In this document: positions 16,512-24,906 of the stretch, one piece after another
Position numbering within the stretch: the first letter of the stretch is position 1
Layout of the letters: the number at the start of each line of letters is the position of its first letter
The notes under the pieces: generated by a model
Told to the model about the DNA's origin: nothing
Database searches by the model: none
The model's input: the letters and a program-made list of their open reading frames with translations, nothing else
Assembly (NCBI RefSeq): GCF_001306055.1
Contig: NZ_LGHJ01000001.1
Coordinates: 20,104-52,103 of the forward strand
Direction of reading: 5' to 3'
Length of the DNA: 32,000 nt
Origin: Bellilinea caldifistulae
Lineage (GTDB): Bacteria > Chloroflexota > Anaerolineae > Anaerolineales > Anaerolineaceae
Program-made: the position numbers and the translations under genes

Positions 16512-17342
16512 ATGAACGATATTCCCCCCCTCCAATCCCGTCTGAATCAAATCATCCAGGCGGACTGCCTGAAAGAACTGGCCGATTTTCCGCCAGAATC
16601 GGTGGATTTGAGTGTATTTTCCCCGCCTTATGATGATATTCGGGATTATAAGAAAAACTGGCGCTTTGATTTTGAAACATTGGGAAAAGAACTGCTACGG
16701 GTGACTAAAGAGGGCGGTGTAGCGGTAGTCGTGATTGGAGATGCAACTCGCAACTTTGCCAAAACGCTCACTTCGTTTCGACTGGCGGTTAATTGGGTGG
16801 ATCAAATTGGATGGAAGCTGTTTGAAACCGTGATCTACAAACGCGACGGCAACCCCGGCGCCTGGTGGAACACCCGTTTTCGGGTGGATCACGAATACGT
16901 CTTCATGTTTTTCAAGGGACAAAAGCCGAAAACTTTCCACAAAGAACATCTGATGGTGCCCAGCAAACACGCCGGCAAAATCTATACCGGCACCGACCGA
17001 CTGACCAATGGCGGTTTCAAGGTCATTCAACCCAAAGCCGTCAATCCAATGAAATGCCGCGGCACAGTCTGGCAATACGCCACCAGTAATACCGAAGGCA
17101 ACCGCCTGAAACTCCAGCACCCGGCCACTTTTCCCGATAGGCTGGCCGAGGATTTGATTCTGTGTTTTTCTGAGCCCGGTGATGTAGTGCTTGACCCGAT
17201 GTGTGGCAGCGGTACGACGTGCGTCATGGCAAGAAAAAATTATCGCAATTTCATCGGCATTGAAATCAGTGAAGAATACTGTCAGATTGCCCGGAAAAGA
17301 CTGGAAGTGGAAGTTTATCCCCAACAGGAGCGATTGTTTTAG
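16512..17342 (+). CDS. beta-class DNA methyltransferase (N4-cytosine or N6-adenine; SPPY motif IV)
   Basis: 276 aa. Motif IV 'VFSPPYDD' precedes motif I 'VLDPMCGSGTT'. The C-terminal 'FIGIEISEEYCQIARKRL' is typical of the N4/N6 MTase family. Confidence 0.88.
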   Translation: MNDIPPLQSRLNQIIQADCLKELADFPPESVDLSVFSPPYDDIRDYKKNWRFDFETLGKELLRVTKEGGVAVVVIGDATRNFAKTLTSFRLAVNWVDQIGWKLFETVIYKRDGNPGAWWNTRFRVDHEYVFMFFKGQKPKTFHKEHLMVPSKHAGKIYTGTDRLTNGGFKVIQPKAVNPMKCRGTVWQYATSNTEGNRLKLQHPATFPDRLAEDLILCFSEPGDVVLDPMCGSGTTCVMARKNYRNFIGIEISEEYCQIARKRLEVEVYPQQERLF

Positions 17343-17344
17343 AA

Positions 17345-18022
17345 ATGCTGCTACAACAAGACGTCCTTGAAGATATTGAGATTGCCTTACAACGGTTAAG
17401 TAATCTTGCTACTTTCTGGGATGGGAAAAAAAGTATCTTGGAACTCAAAACAGCCAACTATAACTGGCGGCAAATGGAATGGTGGTCGTTTTATTTTGAG
17501 TATTTGTGTTTTCAAAAATTACGAGAGCATTTTCAAATACCCGGCGATCGTTTTGGAAGGGTAAAAACGGCTTCTTTTGACCTCAAAAGAAACATTAATT
17601 GGGATCTTAAAGCCAAAGCAATAAAATCCGATGACCATCGCTCAATTCTCAATGATATGTCAGCCATACAGCGATCAATTGAACAATACGGTGCTCATGG
17701 ATTAATCATTGGATTATGCGATGTGGAATATAACGATAATAATCGCACCTTCCAAACGTGGCATGAGCAGCTTAAGGGTGGTAAATCGAAATACGAGATA
17801 GAACGCTTACAACGCACCAGCATTTCGCGGTACCGCAAAACTCGGGCTGACTTATTGGAAATTCTTTTCCTCGTCATAAACCGAGAAAACGAGCAGTTTT
17901 TGGAAATTTATCATCAGGGCAGAAACAGCAACGGTCAGCCGCGTCCGCCAAAATACATGCTTAATTACGACGAAATAGACCGATTTTTAGTCAAAGAATT
18001 ACGATATTCCGATTCTGAATGA
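17345..18022 (+). CDS. putative type II restriction endonuclease partnered with the 16512..17342 methyltransferase
   Basis: 225-aa A+T-rich ORF starting 2 nt after the MTase stop. A possible nuclease signature 'FDL...WDLKAK' is present. The assignment rests mainly on context. Confidence 0.55.
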   Translation: MLLQQDVLEDIEIALQRLSNLATFWDGKKSILELKTANYNWRQMEWWSFYFEYLCFQKLREHFQIPGDRFGRVKTASFDLKRNINWDLKAKAIKSDDHRSILNDMSAIQRSIEQYGAHGLIIGLCDVEYNDNNRTFQTWHEQLKGGKSKYEIERLQRTSISRYRKTRADLLEILFLVINRENEQFLEIYHQGRNSNGQPRPPKYMLNYDEIDRFLVKELRYSDSE

Positions 18023-18855
18023 GCAGACGAGAAAACTTCCTCCGTCACTTGCTTTTCGATGTGCGTAACCGGCTGGATTATCCCCTGCGTCAGTTGTTCC
18101 GCTGGCGACGGGCGGGTTTCCGCATCTCCCCCCGGCCGGAGGTTGACCCGTTTGCGCCCCTGCCGGCCGAGGAACGCCCGCGTGCCGTGGCGCTGGCCGG
18201 GCGGCTGGTGCGGGATTATCACCTGGAGGAATTCGCCGCCCAAACCACGCCGGTCAACTACCGCGAAAACCTGTTTTACCTGCACCTGCTGGAAAGCGCT
18301 CTGGAAGCCAGCCAGATCAGCCTGCCGGAGGAAATCCGCGCCGCCGACATCGGCCCATCCCACTGGTTTTATGTGCAGGCGCTGGCGGCTCTGCTGCGCT
18401 GGTGGCGGACGCCCCACCCCCGCCAGATTGACCTGCAAGGCTACGAAATTGACGCCTACCGCGTCTACGCCGACCTGCACTCGCGTTACGATCACGCCAT
18501 CGGCCATATCCGCGACCTGCCGGGCGTGACTTACATCCCGCGCGGATTCAGCGCCCAGCCGCTCGCTTTTCACCTGATTTTCATGCTGTTTCCCTTCGTG
18601 TTCAGTCAGGACCACCTTGAATGGGGACTGCCCGGCAGTCTGTTCCAGCCGCGCGCCCTGCTGCAAGCCGCCTGGCAAAGTCTGCAGCCCGGCGGCCTGC
18701 TGATCATTGTCAATCAGGGAGAAGAAGAACACGCCGCCCAGCGCGCCCTGCTTGAAGCCGAGGGCATCCCGATTCGCGCCGCATTTCGTCATGACCCGCT
18801 GCTGTTCCGCTACTCGCTCGACCGCTTTGTGCTGACTGCCTGCCGCGATGGATGA
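18019..18855 (+). CDS. hypothetical protein, possibly a class I SAM-dependent methyltransferase fold
   Basis: 278 aa. It has a weak motif I-like 'RAADIGPSHW' and 'LQPGGLLIIVNQGEE'. It overlaps the next gene by 8 nt. Coding is preferred over the antisense ORF 17965..18792. Confidence 0.5.
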   Translation: MSRRENFLRHLLFDVRNRLDYPLRQLFRWRRAGFRISPRPEVDPFAPLPAEERPRAVALAGRLVRDYHLEEFAAQTTPVNYRENLFYLHLLESALEASQISLPEEIRAADIGPSHWFYVQALAALLRWWRTPHPRQIDLQGYEIDAYRVYADLHSRYDHAIGHIRDLPGVTYIPRGFSAQPLAFHLIFMLFPFVFSQDHLEWGLPGSLFQPRALLQAAWQSLQPGGLLIIVNQGEEEHAAQRALLEAEGIPIRAAFRHDPLLFRYSLDRFVLTACRDG

Positions 18856-20017
18856 GAACCCTGGCCTGCCGGATGCTTTGCGCGCCAGCGCCGCTTACCT
18901 GACCGAAACCATCGGCGCACGGCCGGCCGGCAGCCCGGCTGAACGACAGGCTCAGGACTGGCTGGCCGAACGGATGGGCGGGTTGGGCTACCGCCCCGAA
19001 TGGCAGGAATTTGCCTTTGCACCGCTGCCGGCTTTTTTCCCCTACTACACCCTGGCAGCCCTCTGGCTGATTGCGGCGGCCTGGTTGCTGCCGACTTTCG
19101 GATGGCTGGCGGTTCTGTCTCCGGTGTGGGTCAGTTTGCTGCCATCCCTGCGTTTGTGGCTGCAATACCGCCTGCCGCGCACGGCTCACAGTCAAAACCT
19201 GCTGTGCCTGCCGGAAGGCAGCCGGCCGGAGGATCTTGACCTGTTGCTGGTTGCCCACGTGGATACGGCACGCGCTTTACCCTATGTTGAGGGCTTTGCG
19301 TACACCCTGCGGGTTACCTGGCACGCCCTTCTCACACGGGCCGGCTGGATTGCGGCGTTTCTCGGCGGGCTGGCCATTTTGCAGATGCCAATTCCCCCGC
19401 TTCTGCTCGGTCTGGTGCGCGCCCTGCTCGGAGTAGTCGGTCTGATCTACATCGGGCTGGATTTTTACGATCAGCGTGGCAGTAACGGGGCATTTACGCG
19501 GGGCGCCAATGACAATGCCTCCGGCGTTGCCGTGCTGCTGGAACTGGGCGGCTGGCTGGCAAAGCAGCCGCACCTGCACCGGCGGGTGGGACTGCTCTTC
19601 ACCGGCGCCGAAGAAAGCGGGCTGTTTGGTGCCTACCAGGCCGCTAACCGCCTGAAACCGCTCGCCGGGCGGCTTGAAGTGGTGAGCGTGGACATGGTAG
19701 GCAGCGGGGACGGTCTGCGCGTCTTCAGCGGGGTGAGCGGCTGGCGGGGCTTTACCACCGACCCGCATTTGACGGCTCAACTGCTAAACGCTGACCCTTC
19801 TGCGCGTCCCTACCTGGCCATGCGGCGGAGCGGTGATTTTGAGGCTTTCGTGCGGGCCGGCTTTCGTGCCACCGGCATCGAAACCAGCGGCACTCCGGCC
19901 TTCTGGCGTGCCTATCACACCCGGCGCGATGACCTGCGCCTGCTGGATGCCGGACGTATGGCGCAAACCTGTTTGACGCTGCAGCGTTGGATTGAGCAAA
20001 GCCGCCGGAACGGGTAA
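18848..20017 (+). CDS. M28-family zinc metallopeptidase with hydrophobic insertions
   Basis: Metal-ligand motifs 'LLLVAHVDTA', 'GANDNASGVAVLLELG' and 'LLFTGAEESGLFGA'. Long hydrophobic stretches interrupt the N-terminal half. Confidence 0.8.
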   Translation: MDENPGLPDALRASAAYLTETIGARPAGSPAERQAQDWLAERMGGLGYRPEWQEFAFAPLPAFFPYYTLAALWLIAAAWLLPTFGWLAVLSPVWVSLLPSLRLWLQYRLPRTAHSQNLLCLPEGSRPEDLDLLLVAHVDTARALPYVEGFAYTLRVTWHALLTRAGWIAAFLGGLAILQMPIPPLLLGLVRALLGVVGLIYIGLDFYDQRGSNGAFTRGANDNASGVAVLLELGGWLAKQPHLHRRVGLLFTGAEESGLFGAYQAANRLKPLAGRLEVVSVDMVGSGDGLRVFSGVSGWRGFTTDPHLTAQLLNADPSARPYLAMRRSGDFEAFVRAGFRATGIETSGTPAFWRAYHTRRDDLRLLDAGRMAQTCLTLQRWIEQSRRNG

Positions 20018-20022
20018 CACCC

Positions 20023-20040
20023 TTCCCCCAAGAAGGGGAG
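20023..20040. terminator. small hairpin between convergent genes (TTCCCC caagaa GGGGAG)
   Basis: 6-bp stem including one G-U pair. It lies between the stop at 20017 and the stop at 20050. Confidence 0.25.
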
Positions 20041-20049
20041 AGCGATTCT

Positions 20050-20877
20050 TCAACGCCCGGCCTGACCAACCGCCGCGCGGCTGAATTGTTTTGTCCCAAA
20101 CCCCAGAATAATCCCAACCGCAAAAACGGTAGTAATCCCCACCACAAAGGGATACGAAGAAACGAAAACGCCCAGTTCCAGCAGCACAAACGCGGCGGTG
20201 TTGGACATGGCGTGAAAAACGGTGACAAAGAATAAACTGGCCCCGGTCTGGCGGTAAAGCCAGATGTAAATGACCGTCAACGAAAGGCTGAAAAGGACTT
20301 CCCCGTACCACGGCAGGGAAGCCATCGGCGATTGGGGGTTGAGCATGAGCGGGAGATGCCACACGCTCCACAACAGGCCCATGACCAGCGCGGTTTGCAA
20401 GTCAGAGAATTTCTCTTGAAGTCGCGGCAGGGCAAATCCACGCCAGCCGATTTCTTCCCAAACGTTGGAGATTACCATGGTCACAAAAACCGGAATCAGG
20501 CTCAACCACCCAAGCGAACTCAAAGCGGGCAGGGGTAGGCCGGCAATTCCCATCCCCGCCAGCGCCAGAGCAACCGCAACAAACCAGAAACCTGCCACAA
20601 AGAAATACCACCCCGCTGAAGCCCGCACCCTGAATAAAGCCGAAAACAAAGCCGGAATTTGATGCTTCTGTCGGAAAAATAAGAGTGTAACCACGGCTGC
20701 CAGGGTTGGGCCGCATCCGCCCAACAGACTGAACAAGGGGCTGTCAAAGGGAAAGAGCCCGCGTGCGTGCAAAGCCTGCGGTAACCACCCCAGCCACGAA
20801 AACACAAAAGCCAGCAGGTAAAACACCACAACAGAGTGGGTTCTCCGGCTATCTTCGGTTTCTGCCTGTGCTTCCAT
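20050..20877 (-). CDS. CPBP-family intramembrane glutamic endopeptidase (CAAX protease / Abi-like)
   Basis: Motifs 'WEEIGWRGFALPRL', 'WSVWHLP' and 'FHAMSN' in a polytopic protein. The start is set at the Met preceded by GGTGGA. The ORF is open to 20955. Confidence 0.85.
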   Translation of the reverse strand: MEAQAETEDSRRTHSVVVFYLLAFVFSWLGWLPQALHARGLFPFDSPLFSLLGGCGPTLAAVVTLLFFRQKHQIPALFSALFRVRASAGWYFFVAGFWFVAVALALAGMGIAGLPLPALSSLGWLSLIPVFVTMVISNVWEEIGWRGFALPRLQEKFSDLQTALVMGLLWSVWHLPLMLNPQSPMASLPWYGEVLFSLSLTVIYIWLYRQTGASLFFVTVFHAMSNTAAFVLLELGVFVSSYPFVVGITTVFAVGIILGFGTKQFSRAAVGQAGR

Positions 20878-21096
20878 CTTCCACCCCGCCGCCAGCCACA
20901 CCCGCATGTGGCGCTCGCTGTTGGTTATGAAAATTATACACGAAGGCGTGTCCATGGAATTTAGAAAACACGGCGTTCAAGAGAATCTATGGGTTGCAAA
21001 AAACTGGCTCAATGCCGCTGCGCCGCAAAGAAGATTGTTTTTCTCCTCCCGCCCTTCCTCCGCGACGGCCTTGCGGGAGACCGCCACGCCGCCTGC

Positions 21097-22815
21097 TTAC
21101 CCAAACAGCTCGCGGATGGCGTCATCGGCGCTGCGACCGGGTGGCGACGCGCCGCGCAGCTCCTCGAAAAAGCGCTGGTCGTAGCGGCGTGAACGTACCA
21201 CAATCGGCAGGCTGACCCCCCAGCCGAGCAGCAGGGCTTCCTCCTTGGGCTGCAGGCGTGCCAGCATCCCGCGCAGGGCGTCCCGCCCGGCCAGACCGGA
21301 AAGCACCGCGGCAATATCGGCTTCATCGCCCAGCCAGGCGCTCACCCGCGTGCCCAGCTGCGACATGACCTCATCGTAAATCTGCGAGGGGCGCTGATCC
21401 ACAATCAGCAGGGTGACGTAGTACTTGCGCATCTCGCGCGCGATGGTGGCAAAGGCCGTCTGGGCGGCCATCTCGCGGTTGAGCAGTTTGTGGGCTTCTT
21501 CGATCACCACCACCAGCGGGCGCGGTTCGGGGTTTTTCTGCGGGTGGGAGCGGTAGGCGTTGGTGCGCTTTTCCCACTCATCGCGGATGCGGCGGGTGAT
21601 CAGGTTGGTCACCAGCAGGTAATCCAGGTCGGTTTCGTGGTCGCCAAACGAGAGGATGACATGCTTGCCGCTGGCCAGCAGGTTGATGATCTCTGCCAGA
21701 CTGTCCTGCGGCGGGTTGGGGACGATGTAGGGTTTGTTGAACAGGCGTCCCAGTTTCTGGTGCAGGCCTTCGGCGGCCATCACATTCACACCCGCCTGAT
21801 TTGCCCAAAAGGCGACGCTGTCGGTTGCCGGCACTTTTTTGCCGGTTATCGGGTCTTCCTCCATTGCGCCATTGCGCATCTTCTTGAATTCGCTGAACCA
21901 GGTCCGCCCAAAATCGTGCCACAACGCCTCCAGCGTGGCGGGGGTGGTCTCGCGCAGGTTGAGCTCGCGGGTCAGCATCTCGATGTCTTCCGGCAGGATG
22001 TCGCTTTCCGCCAGGGTCAGGTTAAAATCGGGCGACTGGCCGCGGATGGAAGCGCCCGCCCCCAGCCCGACCACCCGCACGCGCGGGTTAAATTTGCTTT
22101 TCAGGCCGGGGATGACCTCTTTGGTGTCCGAGGCGATGTCGTCGTAGGCGTATTCGTTGTGCATGTCAAAAACCAGCGTGGCGGCTTTGTTGTACTCAAT
22201 CAGCCCGGCCAGCAGCAGGCGGGTGAGGAATGACTTGCCGGTGCCGGTTGCTCCAAAAATGCCCGATGAGCGCTGCACAAACTTTTCCAGATCGAGCGGG
22301 ATGGGCAGGTTCTGCTCGCGGGTGTAGCCGATCACAAAATTGCGCTGACTGGGTTCGCCGAAGATATTGGCCACATCTTCGGCGCGTGCGCTGCGCACCA
22401 GCGCATGATGAGCCGGCACGGTCTTGACCGGCTGGGGCTGCAGTCCGCTGTCATCGGGGTGCTGGCTGCGCCACTGCTCATATTCTGGCGAAGCCGGGTC
22501 GGGACCGACTTCCTGCATCAACGCCGGCAGCACCTGCAGATTGGTGAACAGGGTCTGACCGTGGAGCAGGCACGCCACCTCCGGCGGCAAGCGGTTTTCG
22601 CTTTGTTCGTCGGCAAAACGCGGATTGGTGCTGCCCAGCTGCAGGTCGGTTACCGTGCCGTAAAAACGCCAGTCGCCGCTTTCGATCACCACAAACGAGC
22701 CCTCTTTGACCTCCTGCGGCGGGACGGTCAGGCGCACACTGAGCGAATCTTTCAGGCTGCCGCCGACCACATAGCCCAGCGATTTTTCGGACGTGTTTTC
22801 GGGGTTGTTGGTCAT
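21097..22815 (-). CDS. herA: HerA-like (DUF87) FtsK/HerA-superfamily ATPase/translocase
   Basis: 572 aa. It has an N-terminal barrel-like segment, Walker A 'GIFGATGTGKSF' and Walker B 'LVVVIEEAHKLL'. It is the last gene of a three-gene operon with a NurA-like nuclease. Confidence 0.85.
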   Translation of the reverse strand: MTNNPENTSEKSLGYVVGGSLKDSLSVRLTVPPQEVKEGSFVVIESGDWRFYGTVTDLQLGSTNPRFADEQSENRLPPEVACLLHGQTLFTNLQVLPALMQEVGPDPASPEYEQWRSQHPDDSGLQPQPVKTVPAHHALVRSARAEDVANIFGEPSQRNFVIGYTREQNLPIPLDLEKFVQRSSGIFGATGTGKSFLTRLLLAGLIEYNKAATLVFDMHNEYAYDDIASDTKEVIPGLKSKFNPRVRVVGLGAGASIRGQSPDFNLTLAESDILPEDIEMLTRELNLRETTPATLEALWHDFGRTWFSEFKKMRNGAMEEDPITGKKVPATDSVAFWANQAGVNVMAAEGLHQKLGRLFNKPYIVPNPPQDSLAEIINLLASGKHVILSFGDHETDLDYLLVTNLITRRIRDEWEKRTNAYRSHPQKNPEPRPLVVVIEEAHKLLNREMAAQTAFATIAREMRKYYVTLLIVDQRPSQIYDEVMSQLGTRVSAWLGDEADIAAVLSGLAGRDALRGMLARLQPKEEALLLGWGVSLPIVVRSRRYDQRFFEELRGASPPGRSADDAIRELFG

Positions 22816-22836
22816 TGCATTTCCTCCCGTTCCAAA

Positions 22837-23448
22837 TCAAGACAGGTTGATATCGCCAATTGCGCTCAAAACGCTCATCAGGCGGTCGTAATCATCCCGC
22901 AGCAGGGTGACCAGCTCGCGGGTAACCGCCTCCACCCAATCCGGCCTGCCGTGAGTCAGATGAATCTGCCCGGCCTGCTGGATGTGAGCCGCCAGCAGTT
23001 CGGCCTGCGGCAAATCATCCCGGCGCAGGATGTGGCGCAGGTAGCCAAACCGCCCGTTGCCGGTGAAGGCCACCACCTCCTGGGGCGTGCAGGTGAAAAT
23101 TTCATCCAGACTGAGCGGCGGGCGCGGCGGCAGCAGGTGGCTGATGACACCATCCTGTTGGTAACCGATGAAAATCACGCCAATCTCTACCGGTACATTG
23201 CGGTTATTGCGGTTATCCAGCAGCACATCCGGCGGAACGTTGTCGCTGGTGATCAACTGGCGGATCAAGCCGTCGTCCTCGATTTGAATGTTGTGAATCA
23301 GGCCAAAAATCTGCGTCCCCTCGGCCAGCGGGATGCGCACCATGCCGCCAAAAGCCGGCAGGTTTAACTCGCTGGCGCGGCAGCCGATCACACAATCGCT
23401 GGTGGTTGAACGCAGCAGCCGCCCGATGTGAAGTGAAGAATTGGTCAT
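22837..23448 (-). CDS. hypothetical 203-aa protein whose N-terminal half resembles a HAS-barrel without an ATPase domain
   Basis: It sits 15 nt after the NurA stop and 21 nt before the HerA start. 'IGRLLRSTTSDCVIGCRAS...FGGMVRIPLAEGTQIFGLIHNIQIED' follows the same pattern as the HerA N-terminus 'LGYVVGGSLKDSLSVRLTV...EGSFVVIESGDWRFYGTVTDLQL'. The C-terminal half looks helical. Confidence 0.6.
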   Translation of the reverse strand: MTNSSLHIGRLLRSTTSDCVIGCRASELNLPAFGGMVRIPLAEGTQIFGLIHNIQIEDDGLIRQLITSDNVPPDVLLDNRNNRNVPVEIGVIFIGYQQDGVISHLLPPRPPLSLDEIFTCTPQEVVAFTGNGRFGYLRHILRRDDLPQAELLAAHIQQAGQIHLTHGRPDWVEAVTRELVTLLRDDYDRLMSVLSAIGDINLS

Positions 23449-23463
23449 TTTTCCACCTCCCGC

Positions 23464-24633
23464 CTAAAAATTGTCTTTATGATACTGCTTGGGACTTTTC
23501 TCCCCCACCGCTAAACCCATGGCGCGCATGGCGCGGGCGATCATGGTTTCGATCTGTTCTTTCTCCAACCGCGTGATCAGGGCAATTTCATGGGCGCGGT
23601 GCAGTGCGTAGGGGTATGGTTTGCTGCCCATCTGCCGGCACTGCTGCAATAAAACGGCGTGGAGCGCATCTACCAGGTCCGTTTGTTCAGCAACACCGCG
23701 GGGAATTTCCACCCGCGCCATCCACGGCCGGGCAGGATGGTTGCCGACATTCAGATAAAAGAAACAGGGTTGCAGAGCCGGGTCATAAACCGCAAAACGC
23801 TCCGCCATGGACGATTGAATGGCAAATACCGCGCTGCGCTGACCGGGGGCCAGCAGCCCGGCAAAGATCACCCGGTCCAGCACTCCGCCCAACGGCCGGC
23901 GGCGGGCGGTTTCCTGCACTGGCTGGCGCGGTTCGGCGGTCAGCTCCAGCAGGCGCACCACCAGGTCGCTGCCCGGTTTGTCCACGTAACCGGCGCTAAC
24001 TGCTCCCTGCCGGCCGGTCTTTTGCAGGACGGTCAGGTACTCACTCAACAAATGATCAAATTGGGAATTGTTGCGCGGTTCACGGTACAGTTCCAGCGGC
24101 CCGTCGGTCAAGGTGATCACCGGCTGGGAGGGTTCGCGGGCGGCGCGTTCGGCCAGCAGGCGGCGCTCGTTCAAGTCGCGGCGCAGCGCCACCACTTCTT
24201 CGGTCAGCGGCGCATCTGGATTACGCAGGTCATCCAGCAGGTACAGTTGAGTTTCGGCATCTTCGCTGGGGGTGAGATGGGTGGCGGGCAAAATCCGAAA
24301 GATGCCGGTGTTGATGACCGCAAATTCCACCGCATCATGCCGGCTGGGGTTGACCTGCGAACCGTCCGCCGCCAGCAACGGCGGTAATTCCCGGATCACC
24401 GGCGCATCGCGGACGGTGTCCAGCCGTTCAGTCAACGGCACGGCACAGCGCAGAGAAAGGTCCGCCTGCCGGGCTTCATTCACCCGGTCGCGCAGGTCAT
24501 CCAGGTCAGCGGCGTACTGGCGGAGCAGCCTGACGGCCTGCTCCAGCCGATCCTGATAAACCTGCTGATTCTGACTGGCTTGCTGACATTTGGCTTGAAT
24601 TTGTCCTTGAATTTGTAGGTAGTTGACCGGCAT
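23464..24633 (-). CDS. nurA: NurA-domain 5'-3' nuclease
   Basis: 389 aa. The NurA-type catalytic 'AADGSQ' motif follows an N-terminal coiled-coil-like region. It is encoded directly upstream of HerA, as in archaeal and bacterial NurA-HerA pairs. Confidence 0.7.
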   Translation of the reverse strand: MPVNYLQIQGQIQAKCQQASQNQQVYQDRLEQAVRLLRQYAADLDDLRDRVNEARQADLSLRCAVPLTERLDTVRDAPVIRELPPLLAADGSQVNPSRHDAVEFAVINTGIFRILPATHLTPSEDAETQLYLLDDLRNPDAPLTEEVVALRRDLNERRLLAERAAREPSQPVITLTDGPLELYREPRNNSQFDHLLSEYLTVLQKTGRQGAVSAGYVDKPGSDLVVRLLELTAEPRQPVQETARRRPLGGVLDRVIFAGLLAPGQRSAVFAIQSSMAERFAVYDPALQPCFFYLNVGNHPARPWMARVEIPRGVAEQTDLVDALHAVLLQQCRQMGSKPYPYALHRAHEIALITRLEKEQIETMIARAMRAMGLAVGEKSPKQYHKDNF

Positions 24634-24667
24634 CTTTCCGCCCTCGAATATCGAACATTTGTCTTAT

Positions 24668-24673
24668 ATTATA
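24668..24673 (-). promoter_or_regulatory. consensus TATAAT -10 element upstream of the NurA operon
   Basis: The minus strand reads TATAAT. Its 3' end is 34 nt upstream of ATG 24633. No convincing -35 was found. Confidence 0.35.
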
Positions 24674-24906
24674 CCTGAAGGGGGGCGGAAAAAACACCTC
24701 TTAATCTTAAAAGTTCAGCATCTTCCCAAAACCACAATCCAAATAGTTGTGGATTGGCCTCATCCCCAACCCTTCTCCCACAAAGATCACCTTTCTTTCT
24801 CCGCAATGCTTCTCCTGCAGATTGAAGGGTGATTACCGCAGTTGCAAGGACGATTTTCCACCGATTGTTGGAATTGCTTATCCCCAAAACGGCGTATGGT
24901 CAGCCA

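Noticed and set aside
17965-18792. 275-aa minus-strand ORF opposite 18019..18855
   Set aside because: The plus-strand ORF is translationally linked to both neighbours (4-nt and 8-nt overlaps) and has more protein-like composition. The minus-strand product is Gln/Gly/Arg-rich filler.
22405-23367. 320-aa plus-strand ORF spanning the herA / barrel-protein junction
   Set aside because: It is antisense to two well-supported genes. Its composition is Arg/Ala/Gln-rich and it has no RBS or motif. It is a G+C-rich antisense artefact.
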